This document shows, piece by piece, positions 1-10,600 of a stretch of DNA of 64,000 nucleotides (position 1 is the stretch's first letter; every line of letters starts with the position of its first letter). The position numbers were made by a program, and so were the translations under genes. The DNA comes from Methanobacteriota archaeon (GTDB taxonomy: Archaea > Thermoplasmatota > Poseidoniia > Poseidoniales > Thalassarchaeaceae). The DNA lies in the NCBI GenBank assembly GCA_018650285.1, contig JABIGF010000001.1:34072-98071 (forward strand). The letters run 5' to 3'. Under the pieces are notes generated by a model that made no database searches, was not told the origin of the DNA, and saw only the letters and a program-made list of their open reading frames with translations.

Positions 1-72
1 CTTCGCCGAGAGCACCCCCCCGGGCGAAATTTGTTTCAAGGCGCTGACCTATTTTTGCGTTGGAATGGATGG

Positions 73-1353
73 ATGAATCGTTTGGCAGGTGGCGGCCCTT
101 TGCCCTATGAAGATAGAGATGAACTAGAACATGTATTGAGGGAACTTGGAGATGGGAGGTATGGTTCTGCTGAGTTTGATTGGGGCACATTAGGGTCGCA
201 TAATCAACCATGGGTTGAGCGTTGGCGCCAAGAATTGAATGAAGGGCAACTGCTTGCCAGCATGCATGATTGGGCCGGTGTTTCTTTGCGAAGTTACCAA
301 GGTCGATTACAGTTGAGAACAATTAAAGAAGGTAAATGGATTTGGTCGCCTTTACCTACATGGCCACGTCTTTGGGCATTACTAGTGAGTTGGGCTATGT
401 CTCCTCCCGCGTCAAAAGAACATGAAAGATTACGTGCAGTGCAATGGTGTTGGCATTCAAATTCTGGGGAATTAATTCCTTCAGAGCCGGAGCGCCGTGC
501 ACTAAATTTATTGAAGGAGATTTGCGAATCAGATGAGAAAATTCAAATCTCATCTGATAATTCTCTAGAGTCCCTAATTATTGTTGAAGGCACATCTGGT
601 TTATTCTATGGCGTTGGCCCGGGCCCTGGTGCCCATAATGCGCGATTTACAGTAACTGGGGCTGAACGCATAGAAGACTTCAACTCAAGAAATGCGAAAG
701 CATTGTGCATTCATGAATCAGGCCAGTTCAATCGTCTTCCAATTGGGGATGTGATATCTAGTGTTATTTTGACTTTAATAGATGATATAACGTCTGCAAA
801 GGAGTTAGAGCCACTTGCTTATTTCATTGCTCAACAAGGAATGAGAGGTCAACATGGAGTTATGGCTGAAGGGGATCCTGATTGGTTACGTCTAGAAAGA
901 CAGCGATTCATGGTGGGTCGAGGGCGTGGTCGAGGCCGCTGGCTAAATTTATTTCCAGCAATATTCAGGGTTATGGTAAATGCGCCAATTGATACCGTTT
1001 TGAGAATACCACAACATGCCCCCAATGAGGTGGTCGTTGAGGATACTTTAGTTGCTTGGATGGCTCAAGATAGAGATGAACTAGAGTTGGTTCGTAGCTT
1101 GGCTCGTTTGACAGGATTCCGCGTGGCAGATGAACAAGATGTCCAAGGATTTGAGTTATTTGAAAGAGTTCTAGTTCCCGTGGAGGGGGTTAGACGAGAA
1201 TTAGTAGAATTATTGGGACCATATGAGCGGCGTCATGGCAGGCCAGGAGAGCCACCTTGGTGGAACCTATTTCCAAATCCAGTCCAACCAATTAATATTG
1301 GGCAAAGGTTACCAAATCATCTTAATATGCCACTTGAGCGTTATTATCATTGA
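73..1353 (+). CDS. hypothetical protein with a GRGRGRGR repeat. The ORF track starts at 31 on a TTG; the first ATG is at 73.
   Basis: Long ORF with no recognisable catalytic motifs. The start is inferred from the first in-frame ATG (MNRLAGGG...). Confidence 0.3.
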   Translation: MNRLAGGGPLPYEDRDELEHVLRELGDGRYGSAEFDWGTLGSHNQPWVERWRQELNEGQLLASMHDWAGVSLRSYQGRLQLRTIKEGKWIWSPLPTWPRLWALLVSWAMSPPASKEHERLRAVQWCWHSNSGELIPSEPERRALNLLKEICESDEKIQISSDNSLESLIIVEGTSGLFYGVGPGPGAHNARFTVTGAERIEDFNSRNAKALCIHESGQFNRLPIGDVISSVILTLIDDITSAKELEPLAYFIAQQGMRGQHGVMAEGDPDWLRLERQRFMVGRGRGRGRWLNLFPAIFRVMVNAPIDTVLRIPQHAPNEVVVEDTLVAWMAQDRDELELVRSLARLTGFRVADEQDVQGFELFERVLVPVEGVRRELVELLGPYERRHGRPGEPPWWNLFPNPVQPINIGQRLPNHLNMPLERYYH

Positions 1354-1432
1354 TTTCAGATTGATGATAATAGATTGTATAGCCAAGCATTCAATCGTTG
1401 GATTAACAGCAAATCACTTGTTCGGGTAGGAT

Positions 1433-2380
1433 ATGCCTAACTGGAAAGCGAAGTTGATAGTCTGCTTGTTTGCCGTGATTTTCGTTTTGCCTACTGTGGT
1501 AGCGGCACCTACTGCCGTTCCTAGTTGGACTGCCGCAAATCACGAACAAGGGATTTTTGGCGGCATCTCTTTGAATGTTTCACATAATGCAACTTCTGTA
1601 GAAATTACAATGGGTGAGTTACCATCTATTGCTGAAGTTTACACTGCTACGTGGTGTGAGAATTGTGTTCCTGCCGAAGAAGGATTGATGGCCGCGATAG
1701 ATGAATCGGGTGTAGATACAACTGTATTGACATTTCACCGTGCTATTGCGGAAGTAGAAGACCCATTCGGCGTTGAAGATGCTGATTACCGGTGGGAGGA
1801 TAGGTATGGTGATGCATCAGCCGCAGTGGTTGGAATCAAGCGAGCCCCACCTACGATGATAATCAATGGTGAATGGTTACACGCTGGAAGTGGCGGCCTT
1901 GAAGGTGAAGGGTTGAAACCATATTATGCCGAATCTTTAGCCAAAGAGCCGATGTTCTCTGCACAAGAAGGCACATCTTTTCTTTCTTGGGAAAGCAATG
2001 ATGGCGCGAATGGTACAATAGAATGGGCATTAAATGCTAGTACCTGGTTACCTAGTTCTACTACCTCTATTTTGTATGTGGTTGAAGGTGCAGCTACTTT
2101 TGAAGAGGGATCAAACCATTTGGGTGTGTACCACGATGTAGTTAGGGCAATGGTGGAGTTGGATGGTAACTCTGGCTCTATGCAATACACTTTGCCTGCC
2201 GCTTGGGACGGGGCTGACCTCTCTCTTGTTCTTGTCCATCAATGGGATGTTCAAAGCGAGGTGATGGTCGAGCCTTCTCCGGATGATGGTTTCCTTGGCC
2301 TTCCTGCAGCAGGAATGTTGCTTATCGTCGTGAGTATTGTAGGCGGGGCTTTAGCCGCCAATCCTCAGCGTAAAGAGTAG
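1433..2380 (+). CDS. secreted, membrane-anchored thioredoxin-like protein (WCxxC motif, signal peptide, C-terminal TM helix)
   Basis: N-terminal hydrophobic signal (LIVCLFAVIFVLPTVVAAP), a TWCENC motif resembling the thioredoxin W-C-x-x-C active site, and a C-terminal hydrophobic anchor (LLIVVSIVGGALAA). Confidence 0.3.
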   Translation: MPNWKAKLIVCLFAVIFVLPTVVAAPTAVPSWTAANHEQGIFGGISLNVSHNATSVEITMGELPSIAEVYTATWCENCVPAEEGLMAAIDESGVDTTVLTFHRAIAEVEDPFGVEDADYRWEDRYGDASAAVVGIKRAPPTMIINGEWLHAGSGGLEGEGLKPYYAESLAKEPMFSAQEGTSFLSWESNDGANGTIEWALNASTWLPSSTTSILYVVEGAATFEEGSNHLGVYHDVVRAMVELDGNSGSMQYTLPAAWDGADLSLVLVHQWDVQSEVMVEPSPDDGFLGLPAAGMLLIVVSIVGGALAANPQRKE

Positions 2381-2390
2381 CCTAGATTAA

Positions 2391-3425
2391 TCAGGCTACG
2401 CCAGTTTCATTATCGAAATCGGTTACAATCTTCTTTTTGGTTGTGCTAGATTGTTTGTTTTTCAATCGGGCATTGACTCCACCTATGGATAGAAGAAAAA
2501 TTTCTTCAGCAATTGATTTCTTTGTCATTTTGACCTTTTTGAACTTTTCAAGGCCGCAGATAGTAATCATTGCAAGTAACATGCGGGGGTTTTCTTGAGC
2601 CATTGGTCCACAGTCTTGTTCATCACCCTCAAGTAACTTTAGTCGGTCAGAAACCCACTGGAGTAATTCATCTGCGCCAACGACATCATTCTTTCTAACG
2701 AACTCTCGTAGTCTTTGTTCAAAGGCATAAAGTTCGTTTTTTCTGGCTTCTTTCATACCAGAGCGGGGGTCGATTGGTGATTTCTGTGCTCGGTATAGTA
2801 AATATAGACGTCTTTTGATAAGGCCAACGGCTCTGTTAATGTCGTTCGGTTCAATGCCGAATCTTTTTGCATCTTGTTGCCAGAATTGGAATGGAATTTT
2901 GCCCATGTCAGACAGAACTCTGAGTGTGGCTAATGCGCACACTCTGATGATGTAGGTTGCATCTTTTTCTTCACCTAGAATGTATCTCATTTGATTGAGA
3001 GGCAGCATCCCATGGCCATCATTTTCACCATTCTTTGTATAACAGTGCTCAAGAATCTTGATTGCTCTTTCTCCTACCGATGATGAACCCGTGATATTTT
3101 TAATTTCACGCAATATCTCATTGCCGCGGATATTGCGTTTTGCATTGTTTCTTTGTTCAGTTCGGAGAAGGTTTCTCTTACCCATCTTGTAAGCTTCTTT
3201 TGCATCAATATAGGTGCGTCTGGTATCTTTGACACCGACAGAGTCATTTCGTGTAGCACTCATATGTGCCTCTTCTCCCACCTGGCCGCTAGGGTGTTCA
3301 GTATCCAACATCTTTTCTTCCAAGACAATACCACATTCGTTACAAACGATTTCACCAAGACTTTCATCATGTTCAACATCGTTGCTGTTACATTCATTAC
3401 ATTTACCACTTTTTTTATTGTTCAT
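2391..3425 (-). CDS. tfb: transcription initiation factor IIB (TFB)
   Basis: N-terminal Zn-ribbon CNECx13CNEC followed by cyclin-fold repeats. The length of 344 aa is typical for archaeal TFB. Confidence 0.8.
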   Translation of the reverse strand: MNNKKSGKCNECNSNDVEHDESLGEIVCNECGIVLEEKMLDTEHPSGQVGEEAHMSATRNDSVGVKDTRRTYIDAKEAYKMGKRNLLRTEQRNNAKRNIRGNEILREIKNITGSSSVGERAIKILEHCYTKNGENDGHGMLPLNQMRYILGEEKDATYIIRVCALATLRVLSDMGKIPFQFWQQDAKRFGIEPNDINRAVGLIKRRLYLLYRAQKSPIDPRSGMKEARKNELYAFEQRLREFVRKNDVVGADELLQWVSDRLKLLEGDEQDCGPMAQENPRMLLAMITICGLEKFKKVKMTKKSIAEEIFLLSIGGVNARLKNKQSSTTKKKIVTDFDNETGVA

Positions 3426-3915
3426 TTTATCGCTTCCTTTTGGTTAGTGACTACCGACTTTGAAAGTTCTTGTTCATTTGATTATCCGTTATGCCAATAA
3501 ACACCATTTTCGTTTTTGCATAGTTTTTATCGCTGTTCATATGACGGATAAACGTTGAATTACACTCTCCAAGCCGATTTCCACAGTCCGGACTCTGTGT
3601 GTGTCTACACCTTTATGAACCCTTGCACAAATGAACATGAATGCTTCTTGATTACAATTTCATTGAATCGCCGTTTTTTGTTTGATTGGTAATGCGGCGC
3701 ATTAATTGCCACCTCACCATTGTAGTCTGTGCCAAAGCCCTCTTACAATTCATGGTCCATAAAGTGTTTGTTTTGCCTCAATGCTAGTATCTATTCTTGG
3801 GGTTCATAAGGGAGGAGAGTAACGACCGTCAAGGAGTCAGGCGGGGATATCGGTTAATCCTTGAATAAGTGTCGTTTTCCAATATGTAAGGTAGAGGTGA
3901 AGATGAGTGGATAAT

Positions 3916-6900
3916 ATGGTAAAGCAACCTTCTTTGACGATGGAGGAAATCCCACCAGGTTACAGTCCTGGATGGTTGCTGAGCCATTTTTTGCATCAAT
4001 CACAAGATCCAAGGTCATTGAATCAGGGTGGTCCATCACAACTTTTGATAATTCATTCAACTGAGGCTTCTAGGAGGGCTACACTAAATCAATTGGCAGG
4101 AGATGCTGATATCGATGGGCCGGTTGATAGAACGAGCCACCATACATTGGATAGTTTAGTAGCATCTCTTCATGCAGAGTTAAGACAACCTCGATTGCTG
4201 CCTGCTAGTGGCCCATTTTCTATTCTACTACACGCGGAATGTAAGAAGGCGGCTCAACGATTAGAGTTCCCATTAATGCATAGTTTACCAGACCACTACT
4301 GGGGGAAAGGCAAAACTCGCGATTTAACTAATTTAAGTAAATCATTGAGAGAAGAGGATGTTGATACCGATTTTTCACCAGATTTGCAATCTTTTCACCG
4401 AATTATCAAAGGAGTGAGTAACCAATTAAATGGCATTCATCCTGATGAACAAATGAAATCATTGGTTAGCATACTTGAGCAGTTGCAATCGGAGGATATT
4501 CCGTTTGGGTTATCTAGCATAGATGGTATTCTCATGCTCGATCATCCACCGACACTTTCGCCACTGCGGCAAAGATTAGTAAATTCATTAGTGAGATTTA
4601 GGCCATTACATATTCTAGCAAATTTTGGAAGTTATCGGCTCGGAGTCCATGGTTTTGTTGCTAATGATATTGCGGCAATTCGTGATGAAGCCTCCCTCCC
4701 CAAATGGATTCCACCACATTCACCTTTTACAGTTGAACAACTAAACAGTTACCAAGAATCGGTAAAGCAACCAATTCGCATGTTAGTTCCTAGAATTGAA
4801 AGGTCAATCGAATCCACCCATGCTCTAATTGACGCGGCATTAGGTTTTGATTCCCCACCAAATTCAATTATGATTATTGACCCATCTGTTGATTCAAATT
4901 ATGAATTATGGTCTTCAATGTTGGATTCTTTTGGGTTTCATTTACCAACACTTTCTGCACCGCTCAAAGAAAGTCCCGGGGTTCATTGGCTCAGCGCGAT
5001 AGTTTCCCTTTCTCATTTTGAAGATGCTTGGTCCCTCCCTCAATTACGAGCGATAGCAATTCAAGGTACACTTCAATTCAACTCTGATTGGTTAATTGGT
5101 GAGCAACACCCAACGCTTGCAGATTTGCGACCAATACCTGATGTTGATGTTCTTGAGGAGGTTTCAAGAGGATTCCATTTACTAGGTGGTCAAGGCGCTC
5201 TATTTCGCTGGTTACATTCATTGGCAAGAAAGCCGATAGCAAATGCATATCAGGATGAAGAAGACCTTTGCCGCCGCCATGAAGCAACTCAATGGTGGCT
5301 TCTCAGTTTAGCGAATAGGCTCAAGCCATTGTTGTCTACAATGGATGCTAGTGTGCTAGAAGATAACATGGTAGCAATTGGATGCTATACAGGGGAGCAA
5401 TTGCCATTACCGCCTGCGGCAAATACAGGTGATGAATGGTTATATCAGTTTGGTGAAATGCTTCAATGGCATTTGTTGACAGCTAAACTTGATGGGCAAA
5501 TGAACCAAACGATTGGTGGCTTGCAACAATTATTCGAATCTCACTTATCATTGCGAACATCACAGCGTCTATTATCTCAGAAGTCGCCCATAAGAGGTAT
5601 GGATTGGGTTGATGAAATTCTCACATTAATTGATTCAACAACTCTAGAAGGAACTAAGATCGCAGATTCTAAATTAAGGCTATTAACTCCAACTGATGCG
5701 TTGGGTTGTCATGCCGATTTAGTGATAATTACAAATTTAGATTCAGAATCTTGGAACACATCTCCAGCATCTATCCCTGGGTTATCTGAGGCTGTTAGAA
5801 CAGAGATAGCAGTATTATCTCCCGATGATAATTTACGTACAGCCCGACACTCTTGGATGCATCTTCTGAATAGTGGTAAAGAGGTGATAATTTTAGATGC
5901 TGATGAAGATGAGTCATCCCAACCTTCAACTCCTCTATCTGAATGGCTAGCATCTGCAATATGGGACCCAATGTCTTCTCCAATAATTCCTAGTTTCATC
6001 AGCCCAGATGAGGTTTTTCGTATAGATGGCGACCATAAATCAAGGTGGGGTTTGTCTTTTCTAAAAAGAGGTAATTTTCCTGTAGCTAGGCCATCAGATG
6101 TAGTCATTGACAATGGTAGTTTTGAGTTGATAGTGACAGGCAGCCATCAACGTGACCAAAGACAGCGTGCTGGAATAGATATGCAACAAGCTAGAAACCC
6201 AATGCAGGGTGCTCTCAATCCAGCAGCCGTTACAATAGCCCTTGATTCATCCCTTATGGAAGATAGGCTCTCTAGACAGCCTAGAATTGGAAGTGAAGAA
6301 ACACCTTATTTGCCAAATTCACTTCACGGAGAAGTTTTGTCTGTTGATGATTTGAAAATCACTCCTGGTTCTACCATGGGTAAAGGAATTTTACCTCGAA
6401 ATTATCCCGCTTGGCCAACAATTGGACTCAAAGTAGGTTCTAGTAAAACTATGACGATAGATCCAAGGCCATTAGTTCCAAACGCAACAGCAATCAAAGA
6501 TTATGACCGTAGGCATGGGTTTGAAGATGGGCCGTCTTCGAAAACAAATATTTGGTCCCCTAGTCGCCTTACACAGTGGCTCTCTTGCCCGCGTAAGGGT
6601 TGGTTACAAAATCGGTTAAGGGCCGAAAGTGAAGATGATGAAGACGATGACGTTGATGTAAGGACTAGAGGTCTTCTCATCCATGAAGTATGGGCGGATT
6701 TCATCTGTGAATTTCTTGAAATGGAGGTTGGTAAAGAGAGAGAAAACCTCGTACCAGCATCATTGGCAACTGCAAATATTGATGAACACATATTACGTCA
6801 AAGATTGCTACAAATTATTGATGAAAAAGCACCTTGGTTACGCCGTTCAGATGCAATTGCAACCGTTAGAAGGTTGGATTTAGTTGGATTAAATTGTGAG

Positions 6901-7698
6901 ATTTATGAAGCAGCTTTGGATGAAGGTGGTGAAATTACAACAGCGGGAAGATTTGGCCGATTACTTGAATCAGAATTGAAACCCAACGCAGGTGCGTTAT
7001 TGGCTGTGGAATGGCCATTAACATCAAAGGAGAGTAAGGGTGTTTTAGTTTCGTTACCTGAAACTGGTGAAGATGTGCTTAAAGGAATCAAATTACGGGG
7101 CACAATTGACCGCGTTGAATTAGTCCCTGTTTTAGATTCATGCTATGTCAACAAAGAAGGCCTTGACGAAGAGTGCCCACTTGACCTAGACTTAGGAGAA
7201 GAATGGCCGGCGCAAAGATTAGTCATTATTCGTGACCTTAAGTCATTAGAGGGGCCAGTTCGCAAAAAGGCTGGCGAGAGGCACAAAAGAGAATTGTTTG
7301 CAGGAGTGCAATTAGCGCTCTACGCCCGTGCTTGGGAAGTAACTCACAAAGGTGATCGCGTGATAGGGGTTGGCATCTCTGAGGTTGGTGAGGAAAGCGG
7401 CCATTACATAGAAGCAGACCCGGAATATTTCGCCCATCTTACTTCATTGAATATCGGGAAAGTTGAATGTAACACTGCTCCACTATTCCGTCGCCCTGGT
7501 GAAGATGGAGAATCACCTCAAAGTAACCCATTCAGGGCATGGATGCGTCATCGTTTGACAGCAGCTTTGCAAATTGGAGAAATGTCTGATAATGGTAATG
7601 TGATTCCAACCCCTAGTGGTATTTCTTGCACCTATTGTTCCGTAAAACAAGCTTGTAATTTAGCACCAACTGTTGGAGGTGATAAAAAATGGACTTGA
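3916..7698 (+). CDS. AddB-like subunit of a helicase-nuclease: an inactivated SF1 helicase-like N-terminal region plus a C-terminal RecB-family PD-(D/E)XK nuclease with a Cx2Cx5C Fe-S-type cysteine cluster
   Basis: C-terminal nuclease motifs GTIDRVELV, IIRDLKS and Q-x-x-x-Y (VQLALY). The terminal CTYCSVKQAC has the same Cx2Cx5C spacing as the AddB/Cas4 Fe-S ligands. No intact Walker A is present: a degenerate P-loop-like LLIIHSTEASRRATL sits near the N-terminus. The gene overlaps the downstream helicase gene by 10 nt (ATGGACTTGA). The ORF track starts at 3907 (GTG); the first ATG is at 3916. Confidence 0.6.
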   Translation: MVKQPSLTMEEIPPGYSPGWLLSHFLHQSQDPRSLNQGGPSQLLIIHSTEASRRATLNQLAGDADIDGPVDRTSHHTLDSLVASLHAELRQPRLLPASGPFSILLHAECKKAAQRLEFPLMHSLPDHYWGKGKTRDLTNLSKSLREEDVDTDFSPDLQSFHRIIKGVSNQLNGIHPDEQMKSLVSILEQLQSEDIPFGLSSIDGILMLDHPPTLSPLRQRLVNSLVRFRPLHILANFGSYRLGVHGFVANDIAAIRDEASLPKWIPPHSPFTVEQLNSYQESVKQPIRMLVPRIERSIESTHALIDAALGFDSPPNSIMIIDPSVDSNYELWSSMLDSFGFHLPTLSAPLKESPGVHWLSAIVSLSHFEDAWSLPQLRAIAIQGTLQFNSDWLIGEQHPTLADLRPIPDVDVLEEVSRGFHLLGGQGALFRWLHSLARKPIANAYQDEEDLCRRHEATQWWLLSLANRLKPLLSTMDASVLEDNMVAIGCYTGEQLPLPPAANTGDEWLYQFGEMLQWHLLTAKLDGQMNQTIGGLQQLFESHLSLRTSQRLLSQKSPIRGMDWVDEILTLIDSTTLEGTKIADSKLRLLTPTDALGCHADLVIITNLDSESWNTSPASIPGLSEAVRTEIAVLSPDDNLRTARHSWMHLLNSGKEVIILDADEDESSQPSTPLSEWLASAIWDPMSSPIIPSFISPDEVFRIDGDHKSRWGLSFLKRGNFPVARPSDVVIDNGSFELIVTGSHQRDQRQRAGIDMQQARNPMQGALNPAAVTIALDSSLMEDRLSRQPRIGSEETPYLPNSLHGEVLSVDDLKITPGSTMGKGILPRNYPAWPTIGLKVGSSKTMTIDPRPLVPNATAIKDYDRRHGFEDGPSSKTNIWSPSRLTQWLSCPRKGWLQNRLRAESEDDEDDDVDVRTRGLLIHEVWADFICEFLEMEVGKERENLVPASLATANIDEHILRQRLLQIIDEKAPWLRRSDAIATVRRLDLVGLNCEIYEAALDEGGEITTAGRFGRLLESELKPNAGALLAVEWPLTSKESKGVLVSLPETGEDVLKGIKLRGTIDRVELVPVLDSCYVNKEGLDEECPLDLDLGEEWPAQRLVIIRDLKSLEGPVRKKAGERHKRELFAGVQLALYARAWEVTHKGDRVIGVGISEVGEESGHYIEADPEYFAHLTSLNIGKVECNTAPLFRRPGEDGESPQSNPFRAWMRHRLTAALQIGEMSDNGNVIPTPSGISCTYCSVKQACNLAPTVGGDKKWT

Positions 7699-10600
7699 AT
7701 AGAGGGCAGACCTTAGGTCTGAATTTAGATATGCACATTGTTCTTGATGCAGGCGCAGGAACAGGAAAGACTGCATGTATTGTTCAAAGAGTGCTCGAAC
7801 ATTATCTTTCAGAGGATCAACGGGCAACGAGATTGTTACCACCGGGTCCAAGAGAGGTTGATTTTGGAGGAGGTTTCCTACAAACTCCAGCAAAGGATAG
7901 AGAAAATCTTCGTCAATGGCGTGGATTATTACCAACTGAAGTTGTTGTTCTAACATTTACTGTCAAGGCTGCTGATGAAATGCGAGACCGGATGCGTAGT
8001 GAACTTGCCCGTTTGAGAGCAGGCCCGCGTGGCGTTAGGAATGGGCTACGTTATGACCCTAGAATTCGTAATGAAGGTTTGATTGAACAGTTGACAATGT
8101 TGCTTGATGAAGCACCTATTGGCACCATTGATTCATTTTTGAATCGGTTGGTGTCATCATACCGAAGTTTGCTTGGCGACCGCCCAACACATGAACAGAT
8201 GTCTGATGCTCAAAGGGCACTCCTGATGGAACGTGCATTGAGTTCGTTATGGCGAATACGTAGTGAAAAACACGCTGGCGATTTGCGAATTATGTCAGTT
8301 TCTCCGGCAGATTTCCTTGCTGCAAGAAATCGGCTTTCACATCAATTAGGGGGGCGTTCTAGAACTCAAAAAATAGTTTCCCAACTTCTTCATAATTCAA
8401 TATTTGTTGATACCGTTAGACGTTCTTTAGAATCTCATTCAGGCCGAGTTGATGCAGAAGCCATTAGAGCAAGTTTTCTCTCACATTTGAGAGCAGATGA
8501 AATTCATGATTTTGCTTTGGAGTTATTTTCAATTTGTGATGATTGGCTCAATGCTGCAAAACAGCGTTCTGAGGAACTTGGTTTGCCTGCAGCGTTACTA
8601 AGTGATACACGTGTAAATGCCTTGGATACACTTGTTGATAATGGAATACCTGATGATTTGTGGGACAAGTTATTGTGGGTATATCATGCAACTTTAGCAA
8701 TATGTAGTAAATCATCAATTGAAAATATTGTTCCCTCTTCTTTCCCACGGGGTCTATTGCCAAATACCGATGGTTGGGCTTCAGGGGTGCAAAAACTCAG
8801 TTCAATCAAAGACAAGGATGTACGGGCTGCAGTAAAAGAGGCGATGGAAGATAGTCAAAATCGTTCAAAGATACTTTTTGGCACTATAAGGGGCATGAGA
8901 ATTAGGTCATGTGCAATGATTTCTAATCTTCTTGACCCACGATTAGGGCCACCATGCTGCCCTACTGATTCGGCAGTACATGTAGTTCGTTTATCTGACC
9001 CATTCCCATCATATATTGATGATGAACCAGTTTCTCTTGAAGCTGAGACAGATGCACGAATTATTGCTGATTTACTTATTGTTCACAAGGCCGCTGAAGA
9101 TGTACTAACTGAATTGAGATTGCAAGAGGGACTTCATGATCATTCAGACGTAACTCAGGCTGCTGAAGATTTGTTGCTTGCGCGGTGCCCTCGAATTTGT
9201 ACTCGTTGGTATCCGCCTGACATCACAGCAGCATTGAATGCAATTGATGATGAACAACCTTGGAGAGATGAACATATTCACGCGGCAATTTCATTGTGTG
9301 GAAACCCAGATGATGGTGAAATTGCTAGACACCATGTTGACTACCCAATGAAATTAGTCAAAGAGGACTTAGAGAGAAGGTATGTGATTTTGAAAACGCT
9401 CAGAAGAAGATTTAGGGCTTTCATTATTGATGAGGCACAAGATAATTCCAATCAACAATGGCGTTTACTCTCTCGTTTGTGGGGTGAGAGAGAAGAGAAA
9501 GAAGGTGACCCCGAGCCACCAAACTCTCCGTGGCAACCGACTGTATGTTGGGTCGGTGACCAAAAACAGAGTATCTATGGGTTTAGACAAGCACAAGTCA
9601 GTGGAATGGCAAGATATACTGTTCATTTGCGGGCTATTAACGAACATGAATATGCAAGTGAACCTCGTCTATTACTGAAGCCTGCATTGCGGCGCCGAGA
9701 TGCAGCACGTGACCCACGATTGTTGGAAATAAAGAACTTCATTACTGGATTAGATTATGTGAATCATCGACCAATTCCAGAAGAGGCTTGGGTAGAATTT
9801 GACCGAGGAGATGATGATAGAAGATTGGACCAATCAGATGTGATTAGGCGCACTCAGGGGCATGTCGATTTGGTGACAAATTATCGTACTTGTAATGATT
9901 TATTGCAAACTATGAACGAGTGGTGGGTTGACCTTTTTGACCCACGCCACCACCTATTCCCTGGCGATTGGTACGCTTATGCAAAGGGCCTTAGAGCACA
10001 TCGAATAGAAGAATCAGGCCAATTAGAATGGTTGTTACCTATCGCAACTGGTGAAACGAGTAATCCGCCATCAGATTTGACTATTCCACTTGATCCGTTC
10101 TCTCTTGGTTCAGCAGCAAAGCAAGTTCATCTTGAACACGAGTTAGTAGCCACTAGAATTCGTTCATTAATTGATGGTGTCCCAGCATCGGTTCTTTCCA
10201 GTGAATTGGAATCAACTATCGTCCCTTCGTCTGATAACATTGAACCTCGTGATATCATGATATTGATGCCATCAAGAACTCATATGCAAGATTTGATTCG
10301 TCGTCTTGATGACCTTGGTATTCCGGCATTAGCCGACCAAGAAGGCGGTCTTCTTGAGCAACCTATTGTAATGGCACTTTCTGCATTATTACAACTAACA
10401 GCAAGACGTTTTGATGTTAGCCGCGCAGCTACTTTGACAAGAACTCCATTAGTTGGATTCAATGATATTGAATTGGAGAAATATATTGCAGATAAAGACG
10501 GCCCCCAAGATTTGTTAGAAAGGTTACAAGACCATGCAATAAGTAAGCCACAGAGAGAATTATTTTGCCGTTGGAAGCAACTTGCAGACTGCAATAGAAT

